Shown: piece after piece, positions 13,350 to 20,625 of the stretch
Numbering within the stretch: position 1 is the stretch's first letter
How the letters are laid out: every line of letters begins with the position of its first letter
DNA from: Archangium sp.
GTDB taxonomy: Bacteria > Myxococcota > Myxococcia > Myxococcales > Myxococcaceae
Reading direction: 5' to 3'
DNA length: 32,428 bases
NCBI GenBank assembly: GCA_031367385.1
Contig: JANLPS010000423.1
Span: 1-32,428, forward strand
The notes under the pieces: model-generated
Database searches by the model: none
Told to the model about the DNA's origin: nothing
Seen by the model: only the letters and a program-made list of their open reading frames with translations
Translations under genes and position numbers: made by a program

Positions 13350-13555
13350 GTTCTTCACGTATTTCTGTGCCGGTGATGCCCCTTCGTTCGACGCCCGGTG
13401 CCGCTGCCAGCCATGGTCGTGCGGCTCACCTTCTTGGCCACTGGCGCTGAAAACGGGTACCTCCTCGCGACCGCTGGAGAGACCAAGGGCGCACCACCCA
13501 CGGCGGCGCGGCTGAAATGCTCGGTCGGTGGGCCACGGTTGAAGGCCACTGCGCC
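13285..13555 (+). repeat. Direct repeat copy A (elaA 3' end + decayed nucleotidase 5' end)
   Basis: Aligns to 15411..15759 with about 12 substitutions (hand count), one 77-bp deletion and one 1-bp deletion. Confidence 0.95.
13346..13555 (+). pseudogene. Truncated, frameshifted duplicate of the 5' end of the 5'-nucleotidase-fold gene
   Basis: Same GTG start context as 15472; the segment encoding the signal helix and lipobox is deleted; VVRLTFLATGAENGYLLATAGETKG survives out of frame. Confidence 0.85.
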
Positions 13556-13685
13556 CCCTAAACGACCCACCACAGGCTGCACCTGACCCAGCAGATCACC
13601 GGTCGCACCTTGTGTGCGAACCTGCTCTTGCTGTTTTGGCTCTCGTTGGTGACCTTTGCGACGGAGACCGCAGCGAGGCCCCGCA

Positions 13686-15341
13686 TCAACGCGCGCGGTC
13701 GGGGAATATGCGAACGTCGCCGGGCCAGATGACGCGCACCGCGCCGCTGCCGCCGGTCGACGGGGTCACTCCAGGGCCATTGCCGCCCCCAGCAGCACCG
13801 CCCCCATACCGACCGCCGATGCTCATCGCGCCCGACGAAGACCCATCAGCACCACGCGCCCCTCCATCCAACCCATGCAGGCTCGCGCCGCCGCCCGCGC
13901 CTCCCTGATGCGAGCTCGTCGGCGTGTAGCCCAAGCCGCCCGACACCACCGCGTCACCGGCGTTGCCTCCTGAACCTCCGAAGTAGGTGGGTGCGCACAC
14001 GCCAATGCCTCCATCTTTGCCATCTTCGGTGTAGCCCGCCGCGCCTCCGCCGCCATTGTTGGGGTAGCCGCAGCCCGACCCTCCGTTGCCTCCTCGGTGG
14101 TTCGCGACGCCCCCTGTGGCGGCGCCGCCGAGACCGGTGGTATTGCCGCCCGCTCCTCCATTCGCGACCATGCCCAAGAACGTGGAGGCGGTGCCGGCGT
14201 AGCTAACGGTCGTGCTGTTCCACGTACCGCCAGCACCGACGACGACGTTGAGGTTCTGACCCGGAGTGACAGCGACGTTGTTCTGGTACGCGAGCGCGCC
14301 CCCGCCACCACCGATCGCCAGCTGGCCCGCGACGCCGCCTCCACCGACGACCACCGCGCTGATCGAGCTGACACCCGCGGGCACGGTGAAGGTGTAGGTG
14401 CCGGGCGTCGTGTAGACGGCTTCACACGAGTCGGCGCACTGCGGTGCCGCTCCGTACTGATTGCTACAGGCAAAACACGCCGTCGAACCGCAGCCTCCGT
14501 TGTCTTGCGCGCACTCGTCGATGTCGGTGCAGGTTGGTGGCCCGCCGTCGTTGTTCGCGCAGGTGACGAAGCCCGAAGCACCGCAGCCGCCGTTGTTGGC
14601 CAAACACTCGTTGATGTCATTGCACCGAGGTGGCGCCCCAGCGACGTTCACGCATGAGACGTAGACTGGGCTCCCGCAGTTGCCGTTGTTGGTGGCACAC
14701 TCGTCGATGTCTGTGCACTGGTTTGCCGCCCCAGTGACATTCGTGCAGCGCCAGTAGGTCGGGTCACCACAGCCACCGTTGTTCGTCTGGCACTCGTTGA
14801 TGTCGACACACGTTGGAGGCCCACCGACTTGATTGATGCATTGCCAGGCGCTGGAGTTGCCGCACCCGCCATTGTTGAGTGCGCATTCATCGATGTCGGT
14901 GCACGACGGCGCGGCGGCATCATGGTTCGTGCACAGCCAGCGCAGCGAGTCACCGCAATTGCCGTTGTTCGCAGTGCATTCGTCGATGTCGACACACGTC
15001 GGTGGGCCAGCAACGGCGTTGATGCACCTCACATACATGCGAGTGCCACACCCGCCGTTGTTGTCGGCGCACTCATCGATATCGACGCAGCGAACTGCAC
15101 CGTTGGTGACTGCGCAGGTCGTGTACTTGGCGGCACCACAGCCACCGTTGTCGACCGCGCACAGGCCAACACCGCCGTCGCTCGTGAGACCGGCATCGAG
15201 CGTACCGGCATCGCGCGAGCCGCCATCGGCAGAGCCAGCATCGCACCCGGTCGAACACGGCTCAGCCGGTGGCTGAAGACAAGAAGTGGCTCCAACGAAC
15301 ATGATGATCATGAATCGACGCATGGTCGAGAGGCCTAGCAT
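13686..15341 (-). CDS. Lipoprotein with tandem Ca-binding-EGF-like repeats and a C-terminal glycine-rich domain
   Basis: Lipobox ATSC, DAG/DGG linker, 7 full + 1 partial 31-aa DI[DN]EC..NG[GN]CG repeats, then YTTPGTYTFTVPAGV..VVGGGG...GGSGAVRVIW; start 15341 (GGAGG upstream) or 15323. Confidence 0.9.
   Translation of the reverse strand: MLGLSTMRRFMIIMFVGATSCLQPPAEPCSTGCDAGSADGGSRDAGTLDAGLTSDGGVGLCAVDNGGCGAAKYTTCAVTNGAVRCVDIDECADNNGGCGTRMYVRCINAVAGPPTCVDIDECTANNGNCGDSLRWLCTNHDAAAPSCTDIDECALNNGGCGNSSAWQCINQVGGPPTCVDINECQTNNGGCGDPTYWRCTNVTGAANQCTDIDECATNNGNCGSPVYVSCVNVAGAPPRCNDINECLANNGGCGASGFVTCANNDGGPPTCTDIDECAQDNGGCGSTACFACSNQYGAAPQCADSCEAVYTTPGTYTFTVPAGVSSISAVVVGGGGVAGQLAIGGGGGALAYQNNVAVTPGQNLNVVVGAGGTWNSTTVSYAGTASTFLGMVANGGAGGNTTGLGGAATGGVANHRGGNGGSGCGYPNNGGGGAAGYTEDGKDGGIGVCAPTYFGGSGGNAGDAVVSGGLGYTPTSSHQGGAGGGASLHGLDGGARGADGSSSGAMSIGGRYGGGAAGGGNGPGVTPSTGGSGAVRVIWPGDVRIFPDRAR
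14433..15161 (-). repeat. Intragenic tandem repeat with 93-bp (31-aa) period
   Basis: Seven units from 15083 down to 14433, plus a partial N-terminal unit. Confidence 0.9.
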
Positions 15342-15410
15342 GTCTCAGCGACCTCCGTGGCAGGCCGGGCCCATCAGCGTCGCGATTCTCGTGTCGCGAG
15401 GGCGAGATGG

Positions 15411-15759
15411 CACCGGTTGGCGCCCCGTATGACGAAGACGGTATTGCGCACGTCGAAATGCTTCGCGAGGGGTGAGTTCTTCACGTATTTCTGTGCCGGT
15501 GACGCCCCTTCGTTCGACGCCTGGTACCGCTGCGCTGCTGACGGTGATGATGTGCGCGCTGATCAGCTGCAAGAAAGACGAGCCCGAGGTGCACGCGGCC
15601 GTACCGGTGCCAGCCAAGGTCGTGCGGCTCACCTTCTTGGTCACTGGCGCTGAAAACGGGTACCTGCTGGCGACCGCTGGAGAGACCAAGGGCGCTCCCA
15701 CCCATGGCGGCGCGGCCGAAATGCTCGGTCGGTGGGTCACGGTTGAAGGCCACTGCGCC
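15411..15759 (+). repeat. Direct repeat copy B (orphan elaA tail + intact nucleotidase 5' end)
   Basis: Runs CACCGGTTGGCGCCCCGTATGACGAAGAC...GAAGGCCACTGCGCC and matches 13285..13555. Confidence 0.95.
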
Positions 15760-17046
15760 GGGCCACTCGGAGCTGACGGCGCACCGGCCTGCCCTGACAG
15801 CGAGACGGTGGTGGTCTCGACCGGCGACAACGCCAACGGCCAGGCGATTTCGAGCTACTTCAAGGGCGAGTCGACGGCGCAGGTGATGCGTCAAATGGGT
15901 TATGCGGCTTCAGCGCTCGGCAACCGTGAGCTCGATTGGTCTCGGGAGCAGTTCCTGAAGAACGTCGCGACCGGCGGCTTTCCCTACCTGGCGGCGAACC
16001 TCGAGGCCACCACCGATGAGGGTAAGGCGCTCGGCCTGTTGCCCTACCGAATGATCACTCGCAAGGGCGTCAAGATTGCGCTGGTGGGCCTCTCGTCGCA
16101 CAAGGCCACCATCACGCCGATGCCGGGCCGCATGGCTGGCATCACGTACAAAAAAGAAGCGGTCGCGCTCGCCGAGGTCGTGCCCGTCGTGCTTCGCGAG
16201 GGGGCGCAGGTCATCGGGGTGTTGAGCGACGGCTGTTTGGAAGACCTGGCGCCCTTGTTCGAGGGCCATGATGCGTGGCAGGTCGCCTTCGTGGCGGGTC
16301 GCAAGTGCGAGACGCCCTTCTCGGAGAACGTCGGTGCCACCCGGCTCGTCTACCCGGGCCGCCACTTCAATGAGTACGTGCGAGTGCCGGTGACCATCGA
16401 TCTGAGCAAACCCATCGGCAGGCAGGTGCTGACCACGGCGAGCCAGACGGTTGACGTGTTCAACGAGGGCACGCCTCCTCCCGATCTCCAGACCAAAGAG
16501 ATCATCGCCTTGTGGAAGGCGAAGCTCGACACCGCGCTCGGCGGCACCATCGGGTACTCCACGACTGGCTTCGAGCAGGAGTCGCCCGAGATGAGCGCAT
16601 GGTTGACCACCTCACTGCGCGAGCAATTCAAGACCGACGTCGCCCTGCTCAACCGCAAAGGGGTGCGCCAAGGCCTGCCGCCGGGGCCGATCACCAAGGC
16701 CACGGTGTACGACCTGCTGCCGTTCGAAAATCAGGTCGTGCTGATCAAGCTCACCGGCGAGCAGTTGCTCGGGGCCCTATCGAACGTTCAGGCTCGGGTC
16801 GCTGGAGTCAAACCGAAGGGCGAGGGCTTCGTCGACCTCAAGGGCGCTCCGATCGACCCGAAGAAGACGTACTCGGTGGCGACGATTGATTACCTCTACC
16901 TGGGCGGCGATGGTTTCACCCTGCAGCAAGCCGACCCCACACCCAGCGTGACGAACGCTTCGTGGCAGAGCGTGCTGATTCAGTGGACCGCGGCGCAGAA
17001 GAGCGGCGAGAAGAAGCCGCTCGAGGCCCAAATCAAGGTGAAGTAA
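15472..17046 (+). CDS. Metallophosphoesterase/5'-nucleotidase-fold lipoprotein with degenerate active site
   Basis: STGDN, ALGNRELD, FPYLAAN, LLNRKGVR..LPPGPIT..YDLLPFEN, YSVATIDYLYLGGDGF; lipobox LISC. Confidence 0.88.
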   Translation: MSSSRISVPVTPLRSTPGTAALLTVMMCALISCKKDEPEVHAAVPVPAKVVRLTFLVTGAENGYLLATAGETKGAPTHGGAAEMLGRWVTVEGHCAGPLGADGAPACPDSETVVVSTGDNANGQAISSYFKGESTAQVMRQMGYAASALGNRELDWSREQFLKNVATGGFPYLAANLEATTDEGKALGLLPYRMITRKGVKIALVGLSSHKATITPMPGRMAGITYKKEAVALAEVVPVVLREGAQVIGVLSDGCLEDLAPLFEGHDAWQVAFVAGRKCETPFSENVGATRLVYPGRHFNEYVRVPVTIDLSKPIGRQVLTTASQTVDVFNEGTPPPDLQTKEIIALWKAKLDTALGGTIGYSTTGFEQESPEMSAWLTTSLREQFKTDVALLNRKGVRQGLPPGPITKATVYDLLPFENQVVLIKLTGEQLLGALSNVQARVAGVKPKGEGFVDLKGAPIDPKKTYSVATIDYLYLGGDGFTLQQADPTPSVTNASWQSVLIQWTAAQKSGEKKPLEAQIKVK

Positions 17047-17413
17047 CCCGCACCAGCTGCGACGACGCGGGCGAGTACCAGGTCGAGAGCGAATCGCCTT
17101 CGCAAATGATCACGTAATAGAAACCGCCCACCGCGTTCGCGATGTCGCTCCCTGAAGGCTCGCACGGGCCATGGGGGTGCGAGTGGTAGAACCCGATCAA
17201 CGTCGACCCCGTGGCATCGGCCTCGGCTTCGGCCTCGAGGTACGAGCGGGCGTTGATGGCATAGCCAAGCGATGGCTCATCGGCCGAGTTGGCGAGCGCG
17301 AAGGCACGCACTTCAGCCCCCTCGAGCAGAGCCCCACAGCACTCGTCGGGAGCACGGGCGAGCGCGTGTCGACGCATCGCCTCGAGGGCCTCAACGGAAA
17401 ACCGGAGAGTCAT
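17033..17413 (-). CDS. JAB/Mov34 (M67) metallopeptidase
   Basis: PDECCGALL and GFYHSHPHGPCEPSGSD (JAMM motif). Confidence 0.9.
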   Translation of the reverse strand: MTLRFSVEALEAMRRHALARAPDECCGALLEGAEVRAFALANSADEPSLGYAINARSYLEAEAEADATGSTLIGFYHSHPHGPCEPSGSDIANAVGGFYYVIICEGDSLSTWYSPASSQLVRVTSP

Positions 17414-17463
17414 TCTCGAGAGCTTCGAGAATTCCTCTCCGGTTGTCTTTGGTGACGAACGAA

Positions 17464-17769
17464 TTACTTGTTCAGGTTCTGGCGAGCCTGGCCTTGGAGC
17501 TCCTTGGCCTTGCCCTCTGCTTGCATCTGCTCATTGTCGATGACGGCGCCGACTCGGTTCTTCACGGCTCCGATGACCTCTTCGACCTTGCCAGTGACGC
17601 GCTCCGAGGCCTTCGCCGCTTCTTGACGGGCCTTGCCCTGGAGCTCCTTCGCCTTGCCCTCGGCCTCCATCTGTTCGTTGCCGATCAGCTTGCCGACGCC
17701 CTTCTTGAGCTTGCCACCGACTTCTTCAGCAAGACCTTCGCCGCGATTGACTTCATTTGAGTTGCTCAT
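17464..17769 (-). CDS. CsbD family stress protein with two tandem CsbD units
   Basis: Duplicated GKLKKGVGKLIGNEQMEAEGKAKELQG / GAVKNRVGAVIDNEQMQAEGKAKELQG; GGAG RBS. Confidence 0.9.
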   Translation of the reverse strand: MSNSNEVNRGEGLAEEVGGKLKKGVGKLIGNEQMEAEGKAKELQGKARQEAAKASERVTGKVEEVIGAVKNRVGAVIDNEQMQAEGKAKELQGQARQNLNK

Positions 17770-17797
17770 GGGTGTTCTCCAGTTTTGGGGTGGGTAA

Positions 17798-17971
17798 TCA
17801 GACGTCTTTCTTCGATTCGCGCTGCGTGTTCGGGTGGGTCTGTTGGCGCTTCGAGTCGTGATCAATCTCTTGATCCGCCTTCTGCTGGCCGCGACCTGAC
17901 CCGTCGTTGAGGCCACCAACGCCCGGCGCCTTCTTTTGATTCGGGGTCTGACTCTGCTTTTCGTTCGGCAT
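17798..17971 (-). CDS. 57-aa hydrophilic small protein (not in the ORF track)
   Basis: AAGGAG-N5-ATG; MPNEKQSQTPNQKKAPGVGGLNDGSGRGQQKADQEIDHDSKRQQTHPNTQRESKKDV; lies between a sigma54-like site and the CsbD gene. Confidence 0.7.
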   Translation of the reverse strand: MPNEKQSQTPNQKKAPGVGGLNDGSGRGQQKADQEIDHDSKRQQTHPNTQRESKKDV

Positions 17972-17998
17972 GTCGTCTCCTTGGTTGGGCTTGCCATG

Positions 17999-18014
17999 TG
18001 CAACGAGGGGGCCA
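17999..18014 (-). promoter_or_regulatory. sigma54-type -24/-12 promoter
   Basis: TGGCCCCCTCGTTGCA (GG-N10-GC), 27 bp upstream of ATG 17971. Confidence 0.7.
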
Positions 18015-18072
18015 TCGGGCGATCACAGTGATTTCAATGAGCTCAACAGCAGCGCGCCAGACCCCTGAGGCG

Positions 18073-18531
18073 TCAGTGCTTCTTCGCGTGCGACACCGCC
18101 TTGCCGCGTGAAGCGAGCTCGCGGTGCAGGTGCTCGGGGGCCAGCGCCGTGCCGCCCTCGAGACCAAATTTGGTCTGCAGTTTCTCGAATTCATGGTGGA
18201 GGCTCAGCAGCTCGGCGTCAGAGAGTGACTCGAGGTTCACCAGGCCAGTTCGAGCCCCATCGACCGCGCGCAACAGCTCATCGAGTTTGAGGTGCATCGC
18301 GATCGCGTCGCGGTTCTGGCTGCTCTGAATCAAGAACACCATCAAGAAGGTGACGATGGTGGTGCTGGTGTTGATCACCAACTGCCAGGTGTCTGAGAAT
18401 TGAAACACCGGCCCGGTCAGCGCCCACACCAGCACGACACCACACGCGATCAAAAAGCTGCCTGACGAGCCAACCAAGCGCGCGGTAACTTGCGAGAAGC
18501 GCCTGAAGACATCGTTGTTGGGGGGTTTCAT
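18073..18531 (-). CDS. Low-affinity iron permease family protein
   Basis: WALTGPVFQFSDTWQLVINTSTTIVTFLMVFLIQSSQNRDAIAMHLKLDELL signature. Confidence 0.92.
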   Translation of the reverse strand: MKPPNNDVFRRFSQVTARLVGSSGSFLIACGVVLVWALTGPVFQFSDTWQLVINTSTTIVTFLMVFLIQSSQNRDAIAMHLKLDELLRAVDGARTGLVNLESLSDAELLSLHHEFEKLQTKFGLEGGTALAPEHLHRELASRGKAVSHAKKH

Positions 18532-18746
18532 TTCGATTTCGAAGGGGCTTGCTTGGGCACCTTCGCGCCAGCACGTCTCGCCTCCGACAAGCCGATGGCG
18601 ATGGCCTGTTTTCGACTCTTCACCGTCTTGCCGCTGCCGCCCGACTTGAGCGCTCCCCGCTTCATTTCGTGCATCGCGCGTTCGACTTTGCGAGATGCGA
18701 GCTTCTTCGATTTCGAACGAGCCGGTGCTCTTCGTTGGGCGGCCAT
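18528..18746 (-). CDS. DUF6496 family small basic protein
   Basis: KVERAMHEMKRGALKSG..VKSRKQAIAIGLSEARRAG; ATGA overlap with the next gene. Confidence 0.88.
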   Translation of the reverse strand: MAAQRRAPARSKSKKLASRKVERAMHEMKRGALKSGGSGKTVKSRKQAIAIGLSEARRAGAKVPKQAPSKSK

Positions 18747-18756
18747 GGCAGAACCT

Positions 18757-19020
18757 TTACGCGCGGGGTGCGTGGTCGGTGGCGGTGGAGTTGTTGCTGG
18801 TGCTCATCGTGTCGAGCCGCTGCAAGAGCGGGTTGAGGCCGTTTTCAGTGAGATCTTTGCGGAGGTCGGCACCTGACTTCGGCGCCATCAGCAGCGCGAC
18901 GCCGGCACCGACCAGGGCGCCTCCGATGAACAGGCCGAGCGACGAGAACAGACGCTCGCCCATGCTGCGGCGGCTTTCGATGTTGATCATCTTCATGAGG
19001 TTTTCGCGGTCGATCTTCAT
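18757..19020 (-). CDS. YtxH-domain protein
   Basis: FIGGALVGAGVALLMAPKSGADLRKDL; AAGGAG RBS before ATG 19020. Confidence 0.88.
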   Translation of the reverse strand: MKIDRENLMKMINIESRRSMGERLFSSLGLFIGGALVGAGVALLMAPKSGADLRKDLTENGLNPLLQRLDTMSTSNNSTATDHAPRA

Positions 19021-19058
19021 GGGGTGACTCCTTGGGGTTGAACTGCGTTGAACGGCCA

Positions 19059-19313
19059 TCACTTGAAAAATGCATGCACGGGGCGCCGGGGTCGGGTGAG
19101 CACTCCGAGCAAGAGCCCGGCAGCGAAGAGCGAGCCGACGAAGACCCACGGGCGTTGTCGAATCGGCCGGCGCCAATCGGTCATCGCCTTCACGTCGTCG
19201 CGAATGTCATACGCCGACGCCAGCAGCGCCCGACGCGCCCGTTCGAGCTCACGTTGGGTCTCGACCACCGGTGATGATGACGAGACGACGTTGGTCAGCA
19301 GCGCATTATCCAT
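19059..19313 (-). CDS. Small tail-anchored membrane protein (YqjK/DUF3618-like)
   Basis: Amphipathic helix, DWRRPIRQRPW, C-terminal TM helix; overlaps the upstream gene's stop. Confidence 0.7.
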   Translation of the reverse strand: MDNALLTNVVSSSSPVVETQRELERARRALLASAYDIRDDVKAMTDWRRPIRQRPWVFVGSLFAAGLLLGVLTRPRRPVHAFFK

Positions 19314-19689
19314 GGCTCAGGCTCCTGCCCGCACCGACGACGTCGAGCGTGTTGGCGACCTCGGCCACGGAGTCATTCATCGGCGCCTGAAGCGTCGCCA
19401 GCGACCGCTTGAAGGCGAGCCCGCCGAGCAAGGCCCCGACTGCATACACGAGCCCAACGGCGCCGAAGGCGAGCTCGACGGGCATGACCCGGCAGAGCGC
19501 GACGACGATCGCGGCAGTGAGCAATACGAACGCGGCCCAGGCGGCGGGCACCACGGCCACCAGAATGATCGCCCGGGCGCCAACCGCTTTCACGTCTTGC
19601 GCCGCTTCGAGCCGAGCCAGCTTGATGTGCAAGCCAATCAGCTTCGAGAGGCTGGCCGTCAGGGCTTCAAAGTGGTCGCCGACGTTCAT
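19306..19689 (-). CDS. YqjE-like membrane protein (phage holin superfamily III type)
   Basis: LIGLHIKLARLEAAQDV followed by two TM helices; start 19689 is supported by an adjacent sigma54-like site (alternative 19809). Confidence 0.75.
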   Translation of the reverse strand: MNVGDHFEALTASLSKLIGLHIKLARLEAAQDVKAVGARAIILVAVVPAAWAAFVLLTAAIVVALCRVMPVELAFGAVGLVYAVGALLGGLAFKRSLATLQAPMNDSVAEVANTLDVVGAGRSLSHG

Positions 19690-19701
19690 TCGCACGAGAA
19701 C

Positions 19702-19717
19702 TGCACCCGGTGTGCCT
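19702..19717 (-). promoter_or_regulatory. sigma54-type promoter, predicted near-leaderless
   Basis: AGGCACACCGGGTGCA (GG-N10-GC); predicted +1 near 19691, ATG at 19689. Confidence 0.55.
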
Positions 19718-19814
19718 ACATCGACCCCTCGGGAGGCGGGCGTCACCCACGTGGCAAACCCGCTCAGCGAGGCGAGGTGGCCTTCGCAATCGAGTGACGT
19801 GACGTTCATGGCTC

Positions 19815-19830
19815 GGGCGCAACCTTTGCT
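19815..19830 (+). promoter_or_regulatory. sigma54-type promoter, predicted leaderless
   Basis: GGGCGCAACCTTTGCT (GG-N10-GC); predicted +1 near 19841, ATG at 19842. Confidence 0.55.
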
Positions 19831-19841
19831 GAACCACGGGC

Positions 19842-20060
19842 ATGACGAACCCAGACCCGAAGCAGCCCGAAGTGCCCATGACCCCTGACGCGCCGACGCC
19901 AGCGCGCCCCACCCCGCCTGATCGAGGCGACCGGCCACGAAAGAGCGCGCCGCGGCCAATCGAGGCACCGCACGAGGCACCGACCCCGTCTCCAGAAGCG
20001 CCCCCGAATGGCCCGATTGATCCGCCCCGTGACCCGCCGTTGCCGCCGCTGCGAGGCTGA
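19842..20060 (+). CDS. 72-aa proline-rich disordered small protein
   Basis: ORF fills the gap between a sigma54-like site and a terminator hairpin. Confidence 0.55.
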   Translation: MTNPDPKQPEVPMTPDAPTPARPTPPDRGDRPRKSAPRPIEAPHEAPTPSPEAPPNGPIDPPRDPPLPPLRG

Positions 20061-20066
20061 AAACGG

Positions 20067-20104
20067 AAAAAGCCCGTGAACCTGTTGGGCTCACGGGCTT
20101 TATT
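20067..20104. terminator. Intrinsic terminator, probably bidirectional
   Basis: AAAAAGCCCGTGA-ACCTGTTGGGC-TCACGGGCTTTATT between convergent genes; 5-nt U-tract on the minus strand. Confidence 0.85.
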
Positions 20105-20123
20105 CTGCTGATCAGCGACGGTA

Positions 20124-20582
20124 TCAGGCCTGAGCGAGGCGCTGCTTCAAGTCGCTGAGCATGCGGTGCGTCTCAGCCTGCTTGGGAATGAGCTCGGTCA
20201 TGACCAGCTGGCGGGTGTCTCCGCTGAGCGAGTCGAGGTCGATTCGGTAGTCGCGCAGGCCGTGATCTTCGCCTTCTTCGAGGGCCGCGACGGCGACCTT
20301 GTCACCCAACAGCGCAGCGCTGGTCTCGATCGCCCCCACCATGGCGCCCCATGCGCCGGCCGTGTCAGAGGGCTTGCCCCCCAGCTGGCGAATCTTGTCT
20401 TGAAGCTTGTTCACGCGGGTCAGATGCGAGGCCCGACAGGTCTCGAGTTGCGCGCGATAGGTGCTGCTGGCGTCGAGCTTCTCGAGGGCGATGCGGTACG
20501 TCTCGACTGCTGACATCTCACCGCGCAGAAAGCTGTTCAGCTGATCAATGTTCTTGGTGTTTGCGTCTTGTGCAGTTGCCAT
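20124..20582 (-). CDS. PA2169/DUF2383 family ferritin-like four-helix-bundle protein
   Basis: LNSFLRGEMSAVETY, SH..RV..L..KIRQLGGKP...GAWG, ALEEGEDHGLRDY. Confidence 0.9.
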   Translation of the reverse strand: MATAQDANTKNIDQLNSFLRGEMSAVETYRIALEKLDASSTYRAQLETCRASHLTRVNKLQDKIRQLGGKPSDTAGAWGAMVGAIETSAALLGDKVAVAALEEGEDHGLRDYRIDLDSLSGDTRQLVMTELIPKQAETHRMLSDLKQRLAQA

Positions 20583-20625
20583 GAAGGAGGCTCCTTTGAG
20601 AGTGGGTTTCAGCTCTCAACGGCCG

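Noticed and set aside
13601..13622. Hairpin TCGCAC-CTTGT-GTGCGA downstream of the EGF-repeat gene
   Set aside because: Short stem with no U-tract; cannot support a terminator or recombination-site call
14433..15161. 93-bp periodicity as a possible CRISPR array
   Set aside because: Units vary at synonymous positions, stay in frame as protein repeats, and no cas genes are present
13285..15759. Insertion sequence, prophage att sites or DGR template/variable repeat pair
   Set aside because: No transposase, integrase, reverse transcriptase or terminal inverted repeats; the mismatches are mostly C/T and not adenine-specific
19306..19689. Holin as evidence of a prophage
   Set aside because: YqjE-like member in a stress-gene context with no endolysin or phage structural genes
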